Shown here: piece after piece, positions 1-9,256 of the stretch | Numbering within the stretch: the first letter of the stretch is position 1 | Layout of the letters: every line of letters begins with the position of its first letter | Origin: Candidatus Aminicenantes bacterium | GTDB taxonomy: Bacteria > Acidobacteriota > Aminicenantia > JAMOAD01 | DNA length: 29,806 bases | Direction: 5' to 3' | Assembly: GCA_027070475.1 (NCBI GenBank) | Contig: JALXDT010000014.1 | Span: 1-29,806 of the forward strand | The notes under the pieces: model-generated | Databases searched by the model: none | What the model saw: only the letters and a program-made list of their open reading frames with translations | Told to the model about the DNA's origin: nothing | Made by a program: the position numbers and the translations under genes

Positions 1-237
1 AAAGAGAGAGAGTATTTTTCAAGAATAGGTATATCGGTAAAAAAAGGACTCGTAAACTCTGTAAAAAGAAACAGGATAAGAAGATTGTTTAAGGAAGCTT
101 TTAGAAAAAATAAAAGAAAATTTAAAAAGCCCCTTGACCTTTTCATAATAGTTAAAAAAGATTTAAGTGAGAAGAGCTATTTTGAAGTGGAAAAAGCTTT
201 TCTTAATGTATTGGAAAAGGAAAAATTTTTGCAATGA
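1..237 (+). CDS. rnpA: Ribonuclease P protein component (5'-truncated by window edge; absent from ORF track)
   Basis: Manual frame-1 translation gives ...SRIGISVKK...[20 protein letters not shown]...DLFIIVK...FLQ*, containing the RNR motif (KRNRxRR). The TGA at 235-237 overlaps the yidD ATG (ATGA). Canonical position upstream of yidD-yidC. Confidence 0.95.
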   Translation, partial: KEREYFSRIGISVKKGLVNSVKRNRIRRLFKEAFRKNKRKFKKPLDLFIIVKKDLSEKSYFEVEKAFLNVLEKEKFLQ

Positions 238-482
238 TAAAAAAATTACAAATCTTGCTTATAAAATTTTATAAGCTTTTTATTTCCCCCCTACTCGGAC
301 AGAGATGCAGGTTTTATCCCACCTGTTCAAGTTATTATATTGAAGCTCTTGAAAAGCATGGATTTTTTTATGGAAATTATCTGGGAATAAAAAGGGTTTT
401 AAGGTGTCACCCATTAAATCCGGGAGGTTTTGATCCTGTACCGGAGCCGAAAAAGAAGGAGAAAAAATGGAAAGAAATTTAA
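234..482 (+). CDS. yidD: Membrane protein insertion efficiency factor YidD
   Basis: [10 protein letters not shown] and [15 protein letters not shown] motifs; lies between rnpA and yidC. Confidence 0.96.
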   Translation: MIKKLQILLIKFYKLFISPLLGQRCRFYPTCSSYYIEALEKHGFFYGNYLGIKRVLRCHPLNPGGFDPVPEPKKKEKKWKEI

Positions 483-2137
483 CAATTGCAATTATCTTAA
501 CAATTATATTTTTGTTCTTTTACCAGCAGTTTGTTGTAAAAAAGTACACGCCTCAAAAACCTGTAGAAAAGGTTGAAAAAATTGACCTGAAAATGAAGAA
601 GGAAAAGCCAAAAGAAGAAGCAAAAACAGAATCCAAAAAAGAAATTACTGAAAAAATAAGTTCTCAGAAAGATATTGTATCTGAAGATATAATTGAGGCA
701 AAAGAGGAGAAAATAGAGAAAATTGAAACAGAGCTTTTTACAGCAGAGTTTTCAAACAGGGGAGCATCTCTTGTAAGCTTTAAATTGAAAAAACATCTTG
801 GCTCTGATAAAAAACCCCTTGAACTTGTATCCGATATATCAAGGAAGGATAATATTTACCCTTTTATGGTGACAGGAGAGGGAGAAAAAGTGTTTAACAA
901 GGCTCTCTTTACCGTTAAAAGAGAAGAAGGCAAAAATAGCATAGTTTTGACTTTTGAATACAATAATGGAAATGGAGATTATGCTAAAAAGGTATTCACA
1001 ATAAAGAAAAAGAATACATATAAGATAGGGGTTAAAACAGAGTTCAGGATTAATGGTTTGGAGAAAAAACCTTATTTAATCTGGGGACCCGGTTTAGGTG
1101 AAATCCAACAGGAGGATAAAGAAAAGGCAACCTTTGAGTTTAATCAGAAGATAGGATATCTGGTAGGGGGAAAGGTAAAAAAATTGGATATAAAGAAGAT
1201 AGAGAAAGAGAAATCTATTATCTCTGATAAATGGGTTGACCTTGATATAAAATACTTTGCAGTGGTCTTTTTTTCGGAAGGGCAGGAGATAAAAGCCAAA
1301 GTTTTTATAATAGATACTCAAAATAAGATAAAAAATCTGAGAAAGTATGCGATCCTTGCATCCAATGATGTTTCATATGTTTATATAGGTCCGAAAGAGT
1401 ATACAAGATTGAAAAAGCTCGGCCATTCAGTTGAAAATATAATAGAATACGGGTTTTTCGGCTTTATAGCAAAGATACTTTTATATCTTTTATTATATGC
1501 TTACAAGCTTTTTCCAAACTATGGTGTTGCTATAATTTTGGTAACCCTGTTTCTGAAATTAATACTCCTTCCTTTAACATATTCAAGCTCAATCTCCATG
1601 GCTAAAATGCAGGAACTTCAACCTCAGATAAAAAAGATTCAGGCAAAGTATAAAAAATTCCCCAAGAAGGATCTTGAAGCAAGAAAACGAATGAATGAAG
1701 AGATAATGGCTCTCTATAAGGAAAAGAAAGTAAATCCTGCCGGAGGTTGTTTGCCTCTTTTAATTCAGCTGCCTTTTCTATGGGGTTTCTACAGATTACT
1801 CTGGGTTGGAATTGAAATCAGACATCAACCCTTTATTCTCTGGTTAACAGATCTTTCGCAAAAGGACCCCTACTATATTTTGCCTATATTAATGGGATTA
1901 TCTCAAATTGTAATTCAAAAGATGACTCCATCTTCCGGAAGCGAGAAGAGTCAAAAGTACATGAGTTATGGAATGGCTTTCTTTTTCACATTCCTTTTTG
2001 CAAATTTCCCGAGTGGTTTGGTTTTATACTGGTTGACAAATAATGTTTTACAAGCAGGGCAGCAATACTTTGTTAATAAAGCATTAAAAAAGAAAAATAT
2101 TGTTGTGGGAAAAAAGAGTAAAAAAGGAAAAAAATGA
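467..2137 (+). CDS. yidC: Membrane protein insertase YidC
   Basis: N-terminal TM anchor and periplasmic domain, then YGx[69 protein letters not shown] upstream. Confidence 0.97.
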   Translation: MERNLTIAIILTIIFLFFYQQFVVKKYTPQKPVEKVEKIDLKMKKEKPKEEAKTESKKEITEKISSQKDIVSEDIIEAKEEKIEKIETELFTAEFSNRGASLVSFKLKKHLGSDKKPLELVSDISRKDNIYPFMVTGEGEKVFNKALFTVKREEGKNSIVLTFEYNNGNGDYAKKVFTIKKKNTYKIGVKTEFRINGLEKKPYLIWGPGLGEIQQEDKEKATFEFNQKIGYLVGGKVKKLDIKKIEKEKSIISDKWVDLDIKYFAVVFFSEGQEIKAKVFIIDTQNKIKNLRKYAILASNDVSYVYIGPKEYTRLKKLGHSVENIIEYGFFGFIAKILLYLLLYAYKLFPNYGVAIILVTLFLKLILLPLTYSSSISMAKMQELQPQIKKIQAKYKKFPKKDLEARKRMNEEIMALYKEKKVNPAGGCLPLLIQLPFLWGFYRLLWVGIEIRHQPFILWLTDLSQKDPYYILPILMGLSQIVIQKMTPSSGSEKSQKYMSYGMAFFFTFLFANFPSGLVLYWLTNNVLQAGQQYFVNKALKKKNIVVGKKSKKGKK

Positions 2138-2742
2138 TAGAGATAGAGGCTAAAAATATTGATCTTGCTATAAAGAAAGCTGAAAAGGCTCTTGGTCTGA
2201 GTAGAAAATACATTAAGTATGAAATAGATACAGAAAAGAGCTCTCTTTTTTCTCAAAAGGAAAAGAAGATTGTAATAAAAGCCTTTCCAAACAAAGAATA
2301 TTATGATGAAGAGCTAACCCCGTTTTTGGAGGAATTTAAAAGAAAAACCTATTTTAGGATAATGTTTAAATTTGAGCAAAAAGAGGAAAAGATAAAGGAT
2401 GTAATAATTAAAGGAAAAGATGTAAAGTGGTTTGAAAAGAATGATGGAGAGCTTTTAATAGCTTTTCAATATCTTTTGAATAAGATAATAGGAGAAAGAA
2501 TAGGGGCTGTGATCAGGGTAGAAACAGAAAACAATTTCAGAAAAAGAAAAGAGGAAAAAATCAAAAAACTTATTGAAAGAGCTGAAAAAGAGCTTAAAGA
2601 GAATGAAGATTTTTTAACAGATAAATTAAATCCATATGATAGGAAATATTTACATATCTTAGCTTCAGAGAAGGGTTTAACAACAGAGAGTATAGGAGAT
2701 GGTTACTATAAAAGAGTGAAGATAAGAAAAAATGTCTCTTAG
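2134..2742 (+). CDS. jag: Jag/EloR (KhpB) RNA-binding protein: Jag_N, KH-like and R3H domains
   Basis: Jag_N start ([20 protein letters not shown]), GELLIAFQYLL, R3H motif LNPYDRKYLH, TESIGDGYYKRVKI; canonical position between yidC and mnmE. Confidence 0.85.
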   Translation: MIEIEAKNIDLAIKKAEKALGLSRKYIKYEIDTEKSSLFSQKEKKIVIKAFPNKEYYDEELTPFLEEFKRKTYFRIMFKFEQKEEKIKDVIIKGKDVKWFEKNDGELLIAFQYLLNKIIGERIGAVIRVETENNFRKRKEEKIKKLIERAEKELKENEDFLTDKLNPYDRKYLHILASEKGLTTESIGDGYYKRVKIRKNVS

Positions 2743-4093
2743 TGAACAGGACACTATTGTTGCACTATCAACACCCCCCGGAATGTCAGCTATTGCGGTA
2801 ATAAGGTTAACGGGGGAGAATTCATTAGAGAGAATAAAAGAAATATATAGTGGAAAAATTGAAGCAGGAAAAGTAAACCATGGTTTCATAAATTTAGAAA
2901 AGGATTTTTCTGATGAAGTTGTTCTACTTTATTTCAAAAAGCCGAATTCATATACTGGTGAGGATTTAATAGAAATTCATACACACGGTAATATGTTAAT
3001 TGTTGAAAATATCTTAAGGTATTTGTATTCAAAAGGAATAAGAGCAGCACTACCGGGAGAGTTTACAAAAAGAGCTTTTTTGAATGGAAAAATGGATTTG
3101 ATCCAAGCTGAAGCTCTGGAAATGCTTATAAAGAGCTCAACTTATGATGGAATAAAACTCTCTTTTTCCTATCTTAAAGGAGGGCTTTCAAAAAAGGTTG
3201 AAGAGATTAGAGAATCTATTTTGGTTTTACTTTCTCAGATAGAGGCAAACATAGATTTTCCTGATTATGATGTGGAAATTGATTGGAAATCTTTTAATAA
3301 AACTGTGAAAAGGATAAAAGAATGGACAATAAAAATATTAAATTCTTCGCATTTTTCAAATTCTCTCTTTGAAGGACAAAATATAATAGTTGCCGGAAAG
3401 GCAAATGTTGGAAAATCATCTCTTTTAAATGCTTTTGTTCAGGAAGAGAGGGCTCTTGTAAGTGAATACCCGGGAACAACAAGGGATTTTTTAAGAGAAA
3501 GAATTGTTTATAGGAACAAAGCTTTTAATGTGATAGATATAGCAGGGATCGAGGAAAGGGAAAACAGGCTTTTGGAGAAAAGGGGCATTGAAAGATCTCT
3601 GAAGATTCTGGAGGAAAATGATAATATATTGTTTGTAATAGATGCTTCAGAAGGTGTTGATGAAAGAGATTTTTCTGTTTATGATAAAATAAAAGGGAAA
3701 AAAATAATCCTTGTTTTAAATAAAATAGATAAAGGCTCTGTGATAGAAAAGAGAGAAGCAGAAAAACTTTTTCCGGAGGTTCTGGATATTATTGAAATTT
3801 CTGCAAAGTTTGAAAAAAATATAGATGAGTTGTTAGATAAAATGATATTTTATTATTCTAATGAAAAAAATAAAAGCGATTTTATTGCTATGACAGAAAG
3901 GCAGAAGGAACTATTTTACAGATTAAAAGATGAAGCTGAAAGAGTTTTGGAAAAGAAAAAATTAAACTATGAAGAGGAAATTTTGGCAGAGCATGTTAGG
4001 GAGATGAAAAGAATAGTTGAAAAACTAACAGGAAAGATTTATGATGAAGATATTCTTGAAAAAATATTTTCAAGTTTTTGTATAGGAAAATGA
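2732..4093 (+). CDS. mnmE: tRNA modification GTPase MnmE (TrmE)
   Basis: DTIVALSTPPG, SYTGEDLIEIHTHG, GEFTKRAFLNGKMDL, G1 GKANVGKSS, G2 PGTTRD, G4 NKID, C-terminal FCIGK. Confidence 0.97.
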   Translation: MSLSEQDTIVALSTPPGMSAIAVIRLTGENSLERIKEIYSGKIEAGKVNHGFINLEKDFSDEVVLLYFKKPNSYTGEDLIEIHTHGNMLIVENILRYLYSKGIRAALPGEFTKRAFLNGKMDLIQAEALEMLIKSSTYDGIKLSFSYLKGGLSKKVEEIRESILVLLSQIEANIDFPDYDVEIDWKSFNKTVKRIKEWTIKILNSSHFSNSLFEGQNIIVAGKANVGKSSLLNAFVQEERALVSEYPGTTRDFLRERIVYRNKAFNVIDIAGIEERENRLLEKRGIERSLKILEENDNILFVIDASEGVDERDFSVYDKIKGKKIILVLNKIDKGSVIEKREAEKLFPEVLDIIEISAKFEKNIDELLDKMIFYYSNEKNKSDFIAMTERQKELFYRLKDEAERVLEKKKLNYEEEILAEHVREMKRIVEKLTGKIYDEDILEKIFSSFCIGK

Positions 4094-5907
4094 TTATAAA
4101 GGAAACAGATGTGGTTGTTGTAGGAGCCGGGCATGCAGGAATAGAGGCTTCCTATGCAGCTCAAAAAATAGGAGCAAAAACAGTTTTAATAACTATGAAT
4201 CTTGAGACAATAGGCCAGATGTCATGTAATCCTGCAATAGGAGGGCAGGCGAAGGGACAGGTTGTGAAAGAAATAGATGCAATGGGTGGAGTTATGGGTT
4301 TTATGGCTGATAGGGCCGGAATTCACTTTAAAATATTAAATAGCAGCAAAGGAGTTGCGGTTAGAGCTCCAAGAGCACAGGAAGATAAGGCTCTTTACAG
4401 AAGTTTGATGAAAAGTTTTCTTGAAAAACAGGAGAACCTTGAAATATATCAGGGGATTGTAACAGGGATTGAAATAAAGGATGGAAAGGTTTTTGGTGTC
4501 AGATTAAAAGATGATTCAATAATTAAGGCAAAAGCTGTTATTTTAACAACAGGGACTTTTTTAAATGGATTAATCCATATAGGAATGAAGTCCTACCCTT
4601 CGGGAAGGGCAAATGAACCTGCCTCAACAGAGCTTTCGGAAAACCTTAAAAATTTAGGTTTTGAAATTATAAGATTAAAGACAGGAACTCCAATGAGATT
4701 GAAAAAGGATTCCATAGATTGGGAAAAGTTTGAAAAGCAACCGGGAGACAGAAAACCAAGACCTTTTTCTTGGAGGACAGAGAAGGTAAGAAATAAAATA
4801 ATTTGTTACATTGGAAGGACAAATAAAAAGGTTCATGAAATAATACAGAGGAATTTAACCCTTGCTCCTCTATATGCAGGTAAAATAGAGGGAATCGGGA
4901 TAAGGTATTGTCCTTCAATTGAAGATAAGATAGTGAAATTCAAAGATAAGGAAAGCCATGTGTTTTATCTGGAACCAGAGGGGATAAACACAGAAGAAAT
5001 TTATGTAAACGGACTTTCAACATCTTTGCCTGTTGAAATACAAAGAAAGATGCTTGAATCAATTCCCGGACTTGAGGAATCTATTATTATGAGGCCTGCC
5101 TATGCCATTGAATATGATGCAATAAAACCGCATCAGATAAAGGAAACTCTTGAGACAAGACTGTATGAAGGGCTTTATACTGCAGGACAGATAAATGGAA
5201 CTTCAGGCTATGAGGAGGCAGCAGGGCAAGGTCTTGTAGCAGGAATAAATGCAGCTTTGAAAGTTTTAGGGAAGAAGCCTTTTATTTTAAGCAGAAGGGA
5301 TTCTTTAATAGGTGTTATGATAGATGATTTAATAACAAGGTCTATTGATGAACCATACAGATTGTTTACCTCAAGAGCAGAGTACAGGCTCTTGTTAAGG
5401 GCTGACAATGCAAAGCAGAGATTGAGTCAAAAAGCTTTTTCTGTTGGTATGCTCGATGAGGATGAATATAGGGAGATTCAAGAAAGAATTGAAACAGCTG
5501 AAAAATTGGTTTTATTTTTAAACAAGGAGAAATTTAAGTATAAGGGAAGGAGAATAACCTATTCAAAGTATCTAAAAATGCCTAAAGCCACTTTCGAAAA
5601 AGTAAAAAGAGCTTTCAAAGAGAAATTTAAAGATTTGCGAGAGGATGAAAGAGATTTTGTGGAAGCTGAACTTAAATATGAAGGATATATAAAAAAGATG
5701 CTGAACGAGGTTGAAAGAATAGAAAAGGAAGAAAATACAAAAATTCCAGAGTCTTTTGACATAGAAGAGGTTAATGGAATCTCAATAGAAATAAGGGAAA
5801 AAGTAAAAAAGTATAAACCGAAAAAAATAGGAGATTTAAAGAAAATACCGGGGATAACACCTGCAGCTGTATCTCTGATTTTACTCCATATCAAGAGAAA
5901 AGGATGA
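4090..5907 (+). CDS. mnmG: tRNA uridine-5-carboxymethylaminomethyl(34) synthesis enzyme MnmG (GidA); start placed at ATG 4090 rather than ORF-track 4078
   Basis: GAGHAG FAD motif, MSCNPAIGG, RLKTGTP, RYCPSIEDK, AGQINGTSGYEEAAGQG, YRLFTSRAEYRLLLRADNA. ATG 4090 forms an ATGA overlap with the mnmE stop. Confidence 0.98.
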   Translation: MIIKETDVVVVGAGHAGIEASYAAQKIGAKTVLITMNLETIGQMSCNPAIGGQAKGQVVKEIDAMGGVMGFMADRAGIHFKILNSSKGVAVRAPRAQEDKALYRSLMKSFLEKQENLEIYQGIVTGIEIKDGKVFGVRLKDDSIIKAKAVILTTGTFLNGLIHIGMKSYPSGRANEPASTELSENLKNLGFEIIRLKTGTPMRLKKDSIDWEKFEKQPGDRKPRPFSWRTEKVRNKIICYIGRTNKKVHEIIQRNLTLAPLYAGKIEGIGIRYCPSIEDKIVKFKDKESHVFYLEPEGINTEEIYVNGLSTSLPVEIQRKMLESIPGLEESIIMRPAYAIEYDAIKPHQIKETLETRLYEGLYTAGQINGTSGYEEAAGQGLVAGINAALKVLGKKPFILSRRDSLIGVMIDDLITRSIDEPYRLFTSRAEYRLLLRADNAKQRLSQKAFSVGMLDEDEYREIQERIETAEKLVLFLNKEKFKYKGRRITYSKYLKMPKATFEKVKRAFKEKFKDLREDERDFVEAELKYEGYIKKMLNEVERIEKEENTKIPESFDIEEVNGISIEIREKVKKYKPKKIGDLKKIPGITPAAVSLILLHIKRKG

Positions 5908-6506
5908 GAGAAAAAATAGAGGAGATAGTAAAAGAGGAGCAAAGAAAGGAGCTTTTTTATCAATACTATGAGTTGATAAAAGAATGGTCATCAAAAATAA
6001 ACCTGGTTTCAAGAAAAGATATTGAAGGAAACTTCTTAAATTTGTTAAAGACATCGGTGTTTTTATATAAAAGGTTAGCCGAATATGAGTCCTTTGTAGA
6101 CATAGGGGCTGGAGCAGGTTTTCCTTCTGTGCCTGGACAAATACTTTTTCCTGAAAAAAGGTTTGTTTTAGTTGAGCCGAGTAAAAGATTTTATTTTTTA
6201 AAGGAAGTTATAAAAAAGCTGAGCTTAAAAAACACAGAGGTTGTAAAGAAAAGTTTTTTGGAATTTTTTTCAAAAAAAAACAGAGAAAACTATGATATAG
6301 TGGTTTCTTGGGGGGTTAGAAATAAGATAGCTATGTTGAAGAGGGGTAGAAATTTTGTTAAGATAGGGTATGTCTTTGTTACAGGACCAAAGGAGATAGA
6401 AAAAATGATAACATTAAATTTAAAATATGATTTTCATGCTGAAAAAGTAGAGGGTAAAGACAGGTTGTACCTTGTTTTTGCAAAAAAAGTTCCACGTGGA
6501 ACATAA
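5904..6506 (+). CDS. rsmG: 16S rRNA (guanine(527)-N7)-methyltransferase RsmG (GidB)
   Basis: WSSKINLVSR, SAM motif DIGAGAGFP, VLVEPSKR; directly follows mnmG with an ATGA overlap. Confidence 0.88.
   Translation: MREKIEEIVKEEQRKELFYQYYELIKEWSSKINLVSRKDIEGNFLNLLKTSVFLYKRLAEYESFVDIGAGAGFPSVPGQILFPEKRFVLVEPSKRFYFLKEVIKKLSLKNTEVVKKSFLEFFSKKNRENYDIVVSWGVRNKIAMLKRGRNFVKIGYVFVTGPKEIEKMITLNLKYDFHAEKVEGKDRLYLVFAKKVPRGT
6488..6503. promoter_or_regulatory. parS: parS centromere-like site (ParB loading site)
   Basis: AGTTCCACGTGGAACA contains a perfect 14-bp palindrome GTTCCACGTGGAAC (6489-6502) matching the tGTTtCACGTGAAACa-type consensus; it ends 4 nt before the parA ATG. Confidence 0.9.
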
Positions 6507-6507
6507 G

Positions 6508-7263
6508 ATGAGTAGAATTATAGTTGTTGCCAATCAGAAGGGAGGTGTTGGTAAGACTACAACAGTGATAAATCTTGGAGCAGCTATCTCCCTGGCAGAA
6601 AAAAAGGTCCTTATTTTAGATATGGACCCTCAAAAAAACAGCACTTCAGGAATAGGTGCAGAGCTGGAGGAAGGCAAGTCGATCTATAATGTTCTGATGG
6701 GTCTTTCATCTATAAGTGATAATCTTGTGGGAACCGAGCTTCCCTATCTTTACCTTGTTCCCTCTTCAGATGAGATGCAGGGTTTTGAAGTTGAGGTCGT
6801 TGAAAAGAAAAACAAAGCTTTTCTTTTGAAGGAAGCAATAAAAAAGGAAAAGGATAACTTTGATTATATTCTTATTGATACTCCTCCATCTTTAAGTTTT
6901 ATAACTGTTAATTCTCTTGTTGCTGCAGAGGAGGTGTTGATTCCTCTTCAAGCAGAATACTATGCCCTCGAAGGTCTTTCACAGCTTTTAAAAACAATAA
7001 AAGAGGTTCAAAAGGTCTATAATCCTGACCTTGAAATATTAGGGGTTGTAATTACAATGTTTGATGAAAGGACAAATCTTTCAAAACAGGTGGAAGAGGA
7101 TGCAAGGTCCTTTTTCGGAGAAAAGGTTTTTCGTACAAGAATACCAAGAAATGTAAAGCTGTCTGAAGCTCCAAGTTTTGGAAAACCCATTTTTCTTTAT
7201 GATATTAAATCAAAAGGAGCTATTTCTTATTTAAATTTAGCTAAGGAGATTATAAGTGCCTAA
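6508..7263 (+). CDS. parA: Chromosome partitioning ATPase ParA (Soj); start placed at ATG 6508 rather than ORF-track 6472
   Basis: MSRIIVVANQKGGVGKTTT deviant Walker A, DMDPQ, YILIDTPPSL, PLQAEYYALEGL, IPRNVKLSEAPSFG. Confidence 0.97.
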   Translation: MSRIIVVANQKGGVGKTTTVINLGAAISLAEKKVLILDMDPQKNSTSGIGAELEEGKSIYNVLMGLSSISDNLVGTELPYLYLVPSSDEMQGFEVEVVEKKNKAFLLKEAIKKEKDNFDYILIDTPPSLSFITVNSLVAAEEVLIPLQAEYYALEGLSQLLKTIKEVQKVYNPDLEILGVVITMFDERTNLSKQVEEDARSFFGEKVFRTRIPRNVKLSEAPSFGKPIFLYDIKSKGAISYLNLAKEIISA

Positions 7264-8089
7264 AAAAAGAGCTTTGGGGAAAGGTTTGAAAGCATTGATT
7301 GAGGATGATTCTCTTTTAAAAAAGGAAAGGTTTGCTTTAATAGATATTGACAGAATAAAGGAGAATCCTCTTCAACCAAGGAAGATTTTTGATGAGGACA
7401 AATTAAAAGAGTTGGCTTTATCGATTAAAGAAAAAGGTGTCTTACAACCAGTTGTTGTTGTTAAAAGCAAGGATGATTTTATCCTTGTTGTAGGTGAAAG
7501 AAGGTTAAGGGCATCAAAATTAGCAGGGTTGAAAAAAATTCCTGCAATAATAAGGGAGTTTAGTGAAAAGGATCTTTTGATTAATGCTGTTCTTGAAAAT
7601 ATTCAGAGAGAGGATTTAAACCCTCTTGAAATTTCAGATGCTCTTTTTGAGATGAATAAAAAAATGAACATGAAACAGGAAGAAATAGGCAAACTTTTAG
7701 GTATAGATAGAGCGACTGTTTCCAATTTTATAAGACTTCAAAATTTAGGAAGCTTTGCAAAAAAGGCTCTATCTGAGGGGAAGATTTCTCTTGGGCATGC
7801 AAAGGTTCTTCTTCAATTAAGTGATAAAGAAAAAGAAGATGCTCTTGTCAGGGAGATAATAAAAAAGGATTTAAGTGTGAGAGCTCTTGAAAATGAGCTG
7901 AAAAGGGTAAAAAAGATAAAGGGAAAAAGGAAAGAAGAAGATTTATATTTTAAGGCTTTAGAAGATGAACTAAAATCTCATACGGGTTTATCTGTGAAGA
8001 TAAAGAAAAAAAGTAGAGGAGGAGAGATAGTTTTTAAGTTTAAAACAGATAAAGATTTAGTTAATTTTGTAAATAAATTAAAGGAGTGA
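7256..8089 (+). CDS. parB: Chromosome partitioning CTPase ParB (Spo0J)
   Basis: GTG start; N-terminal ParA-stimulating peptide KKRALGKGLKAL, NPLQPRK, GVLQPVVV, GERRLRA, ENIQREDLNPLE, HTH region DRATVSNFIRL, ISLGHAKVL. Confidence 0.97.
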   Translation: MPKKRALGKGLKALIEDDSLLKKERFALIDIDRIKENPLQPRKIFDEDKLKELALSIKEKGVLQPVVVVKSKDDFILVVGERRLRASKLAGLKKIPAIIREFSEKDLLINAVLENIQREDLNPLEISDALFEMNKKMNMKQEEIGKLLGIDRATVSNFIRLQNLGSFAKKALSEGKISLGHAKVLLQLSDKEKEDALVREIIKKDLSVRALENELKRVKKIKGKRKEEDLYFKALEDELKSHTGLSVKIKKKSRGGEIVFKFKTDKDLVNFVNKLKE

Positions 8090-8093
8090 AAAA

Positions 8094-8501
8094 ATGCCGA
8101 AAAATATTGGAAATGAGAGGTTGTCCGGTTTTTTGGACAAAGACACATCTTTTGTCGGTGAAATAAGATTTAACAATACTCTTAGAATTGATGGAACTTT
8201 TGAAGGGAAAATTATGTCCTCTTCTACTCTTCAAATAGGTGAAACAGGAAGGGTCAAGGCAGACATAGAAATAGGGGTAATTTCTATAAATGGTTATGTT
8301 GAGGGAACGATTAAAGCAAAAACAAAGGTTGAAATTTTTAGCAAAGGGAAAGTGTCTGGTACAATTATTACTCCAAAGCTTATGATTGAAGAGGGAGCAT
8401 ATTTTCAGGGTGAATGTAAAATGGAAGATGGTAAAAAGCCAGAGCTTAAACCCAGTGTTCCCACTCTTGAAGAAAAAAAAGAGGAAATAAAAAATAAATA
8501 G
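8094..8501 (+). CDS. Bactofilin (polymer-forming cytoskeletal protein, CcmA/BacA family)
   Basis: Beta-helix repeats: FxGEIRFNNTLRIDGTFEGKI, LQIGETGRVKADI, INGYVEGTI, VSGTIITPKLMIEEGAYFQGECKM. Confidence 0.92.
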   Translation: MPKNIGNERLSGFLDKDTSFVGEIRFNNTLRIDGTFEGKIMSSSTLQIGETGRVKADIEIGVISINGYVEGTIKAKTKVEIFSKGKVSGTIITPKLMIEEGAYFQGECKMEDGKKPELKPSVPTLEEKKEEIKNK

Positions 8502-8512
8502 TTTGTTTTAAT

Positions 8513-9256
8513 ATGAATGTTGCTATTATAATTCCGGCTAGGTTAAAATCAACAAGATTGGAAAAAAAACTATTAATTAGAGTAAAAGATAAGAGCATTC
8601 TTGAATATACTTTCTTAAATGCAAAAAAGGTAAAAGGCTCCACTGTTATTATTGCTACTGATTCAAAGGAGATTGTTGAAGAGGCGGAAAAATTTGGGGC
8701 TAAAGCTGTCCTTACCCCCGCTAATTTAAGTTCTGGGACAGAGAGAGTTCTTTATATTGCAGAAAAACTCAAAAAAAACTATGATGCTATTGTTAATCTA
8801 CAGGCAGACGAACCTCTTCTCAAGCCTGAATATATAGAGAGAGCAATTAATATTATAGTTGAGGAAAATTATTTGGTATCCTCTCTATTTTTTAGGAATT
8901 CAAGTTATGAAGATTTTATAAATCCTAATAATGTAAAAGTAGTTCTTGATAATGAGTTGAATGCTCTCTATTTTTCAAGAGCACCGATCCCTTTTCAGGA
9001 GAAAGATAATTTTGCTTTTTTCTGGCAGCATGTGGGAATTTACTGTTTTAAACCGGCTTTTTTAGAGGTTTTTGCTTCATTAAAAAGCTCTCTTGGTAAT
9101 TATGAAAAGTTGGAACAATTGAGAATAATAGAGAATGGATATAAAATAAAAATGGCACCCATTGATGAGCCAACAATAGGAATAGACACAAAGGAAGACC
9201 TTGATAAATTTAATAAATATTTAGAGGAGAAAAAATGGCAAAATTCATCTTTGTAA
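8513..9256 (+). CDS. kdsB: 3-deoxy-manno-octulosonate cytidylyltransferase (CMP-Kdo synthetase)
   Basis: [62 protein letters not shown]. Confidence 0.95.
   Translation: MNVAIIIPARLKSTRLEKKLLIRVKDKSILEYTFLNAKKVKGSTVIIATDSKEIVEEAEKFGAKAVLTPANLSSGTERVLYIAEKLKKNYDAIVNLQADEPLLKPEYIERAINIIVEENYLVSSLFFRNSSYEDFINPNNVKVVLDNELNALYFSRAPIPFQEKDNFAFFWQHVGIYCFKPAFLEVFASLKSSLGNYEKLEQLRIIENGYKIKMAPIDEPTIGIDTKEDLDKFNKYLEEKKWQNSSL

Noticed and set aside
3536-3547. MnmE G3 box reads DIAG instead of DTAG
   Set aside because: The DxxG consensus is retained and all other G motifs are intact; probably a tolerated substitution.
6272-6280. A9 run (preceded by T7C) in rsmG as a possible phase-variation site
   Set aside because: It is in frame in a housekeeping gene, and 7-9 nt A/T runs are frequent throughout this AT-rich window.
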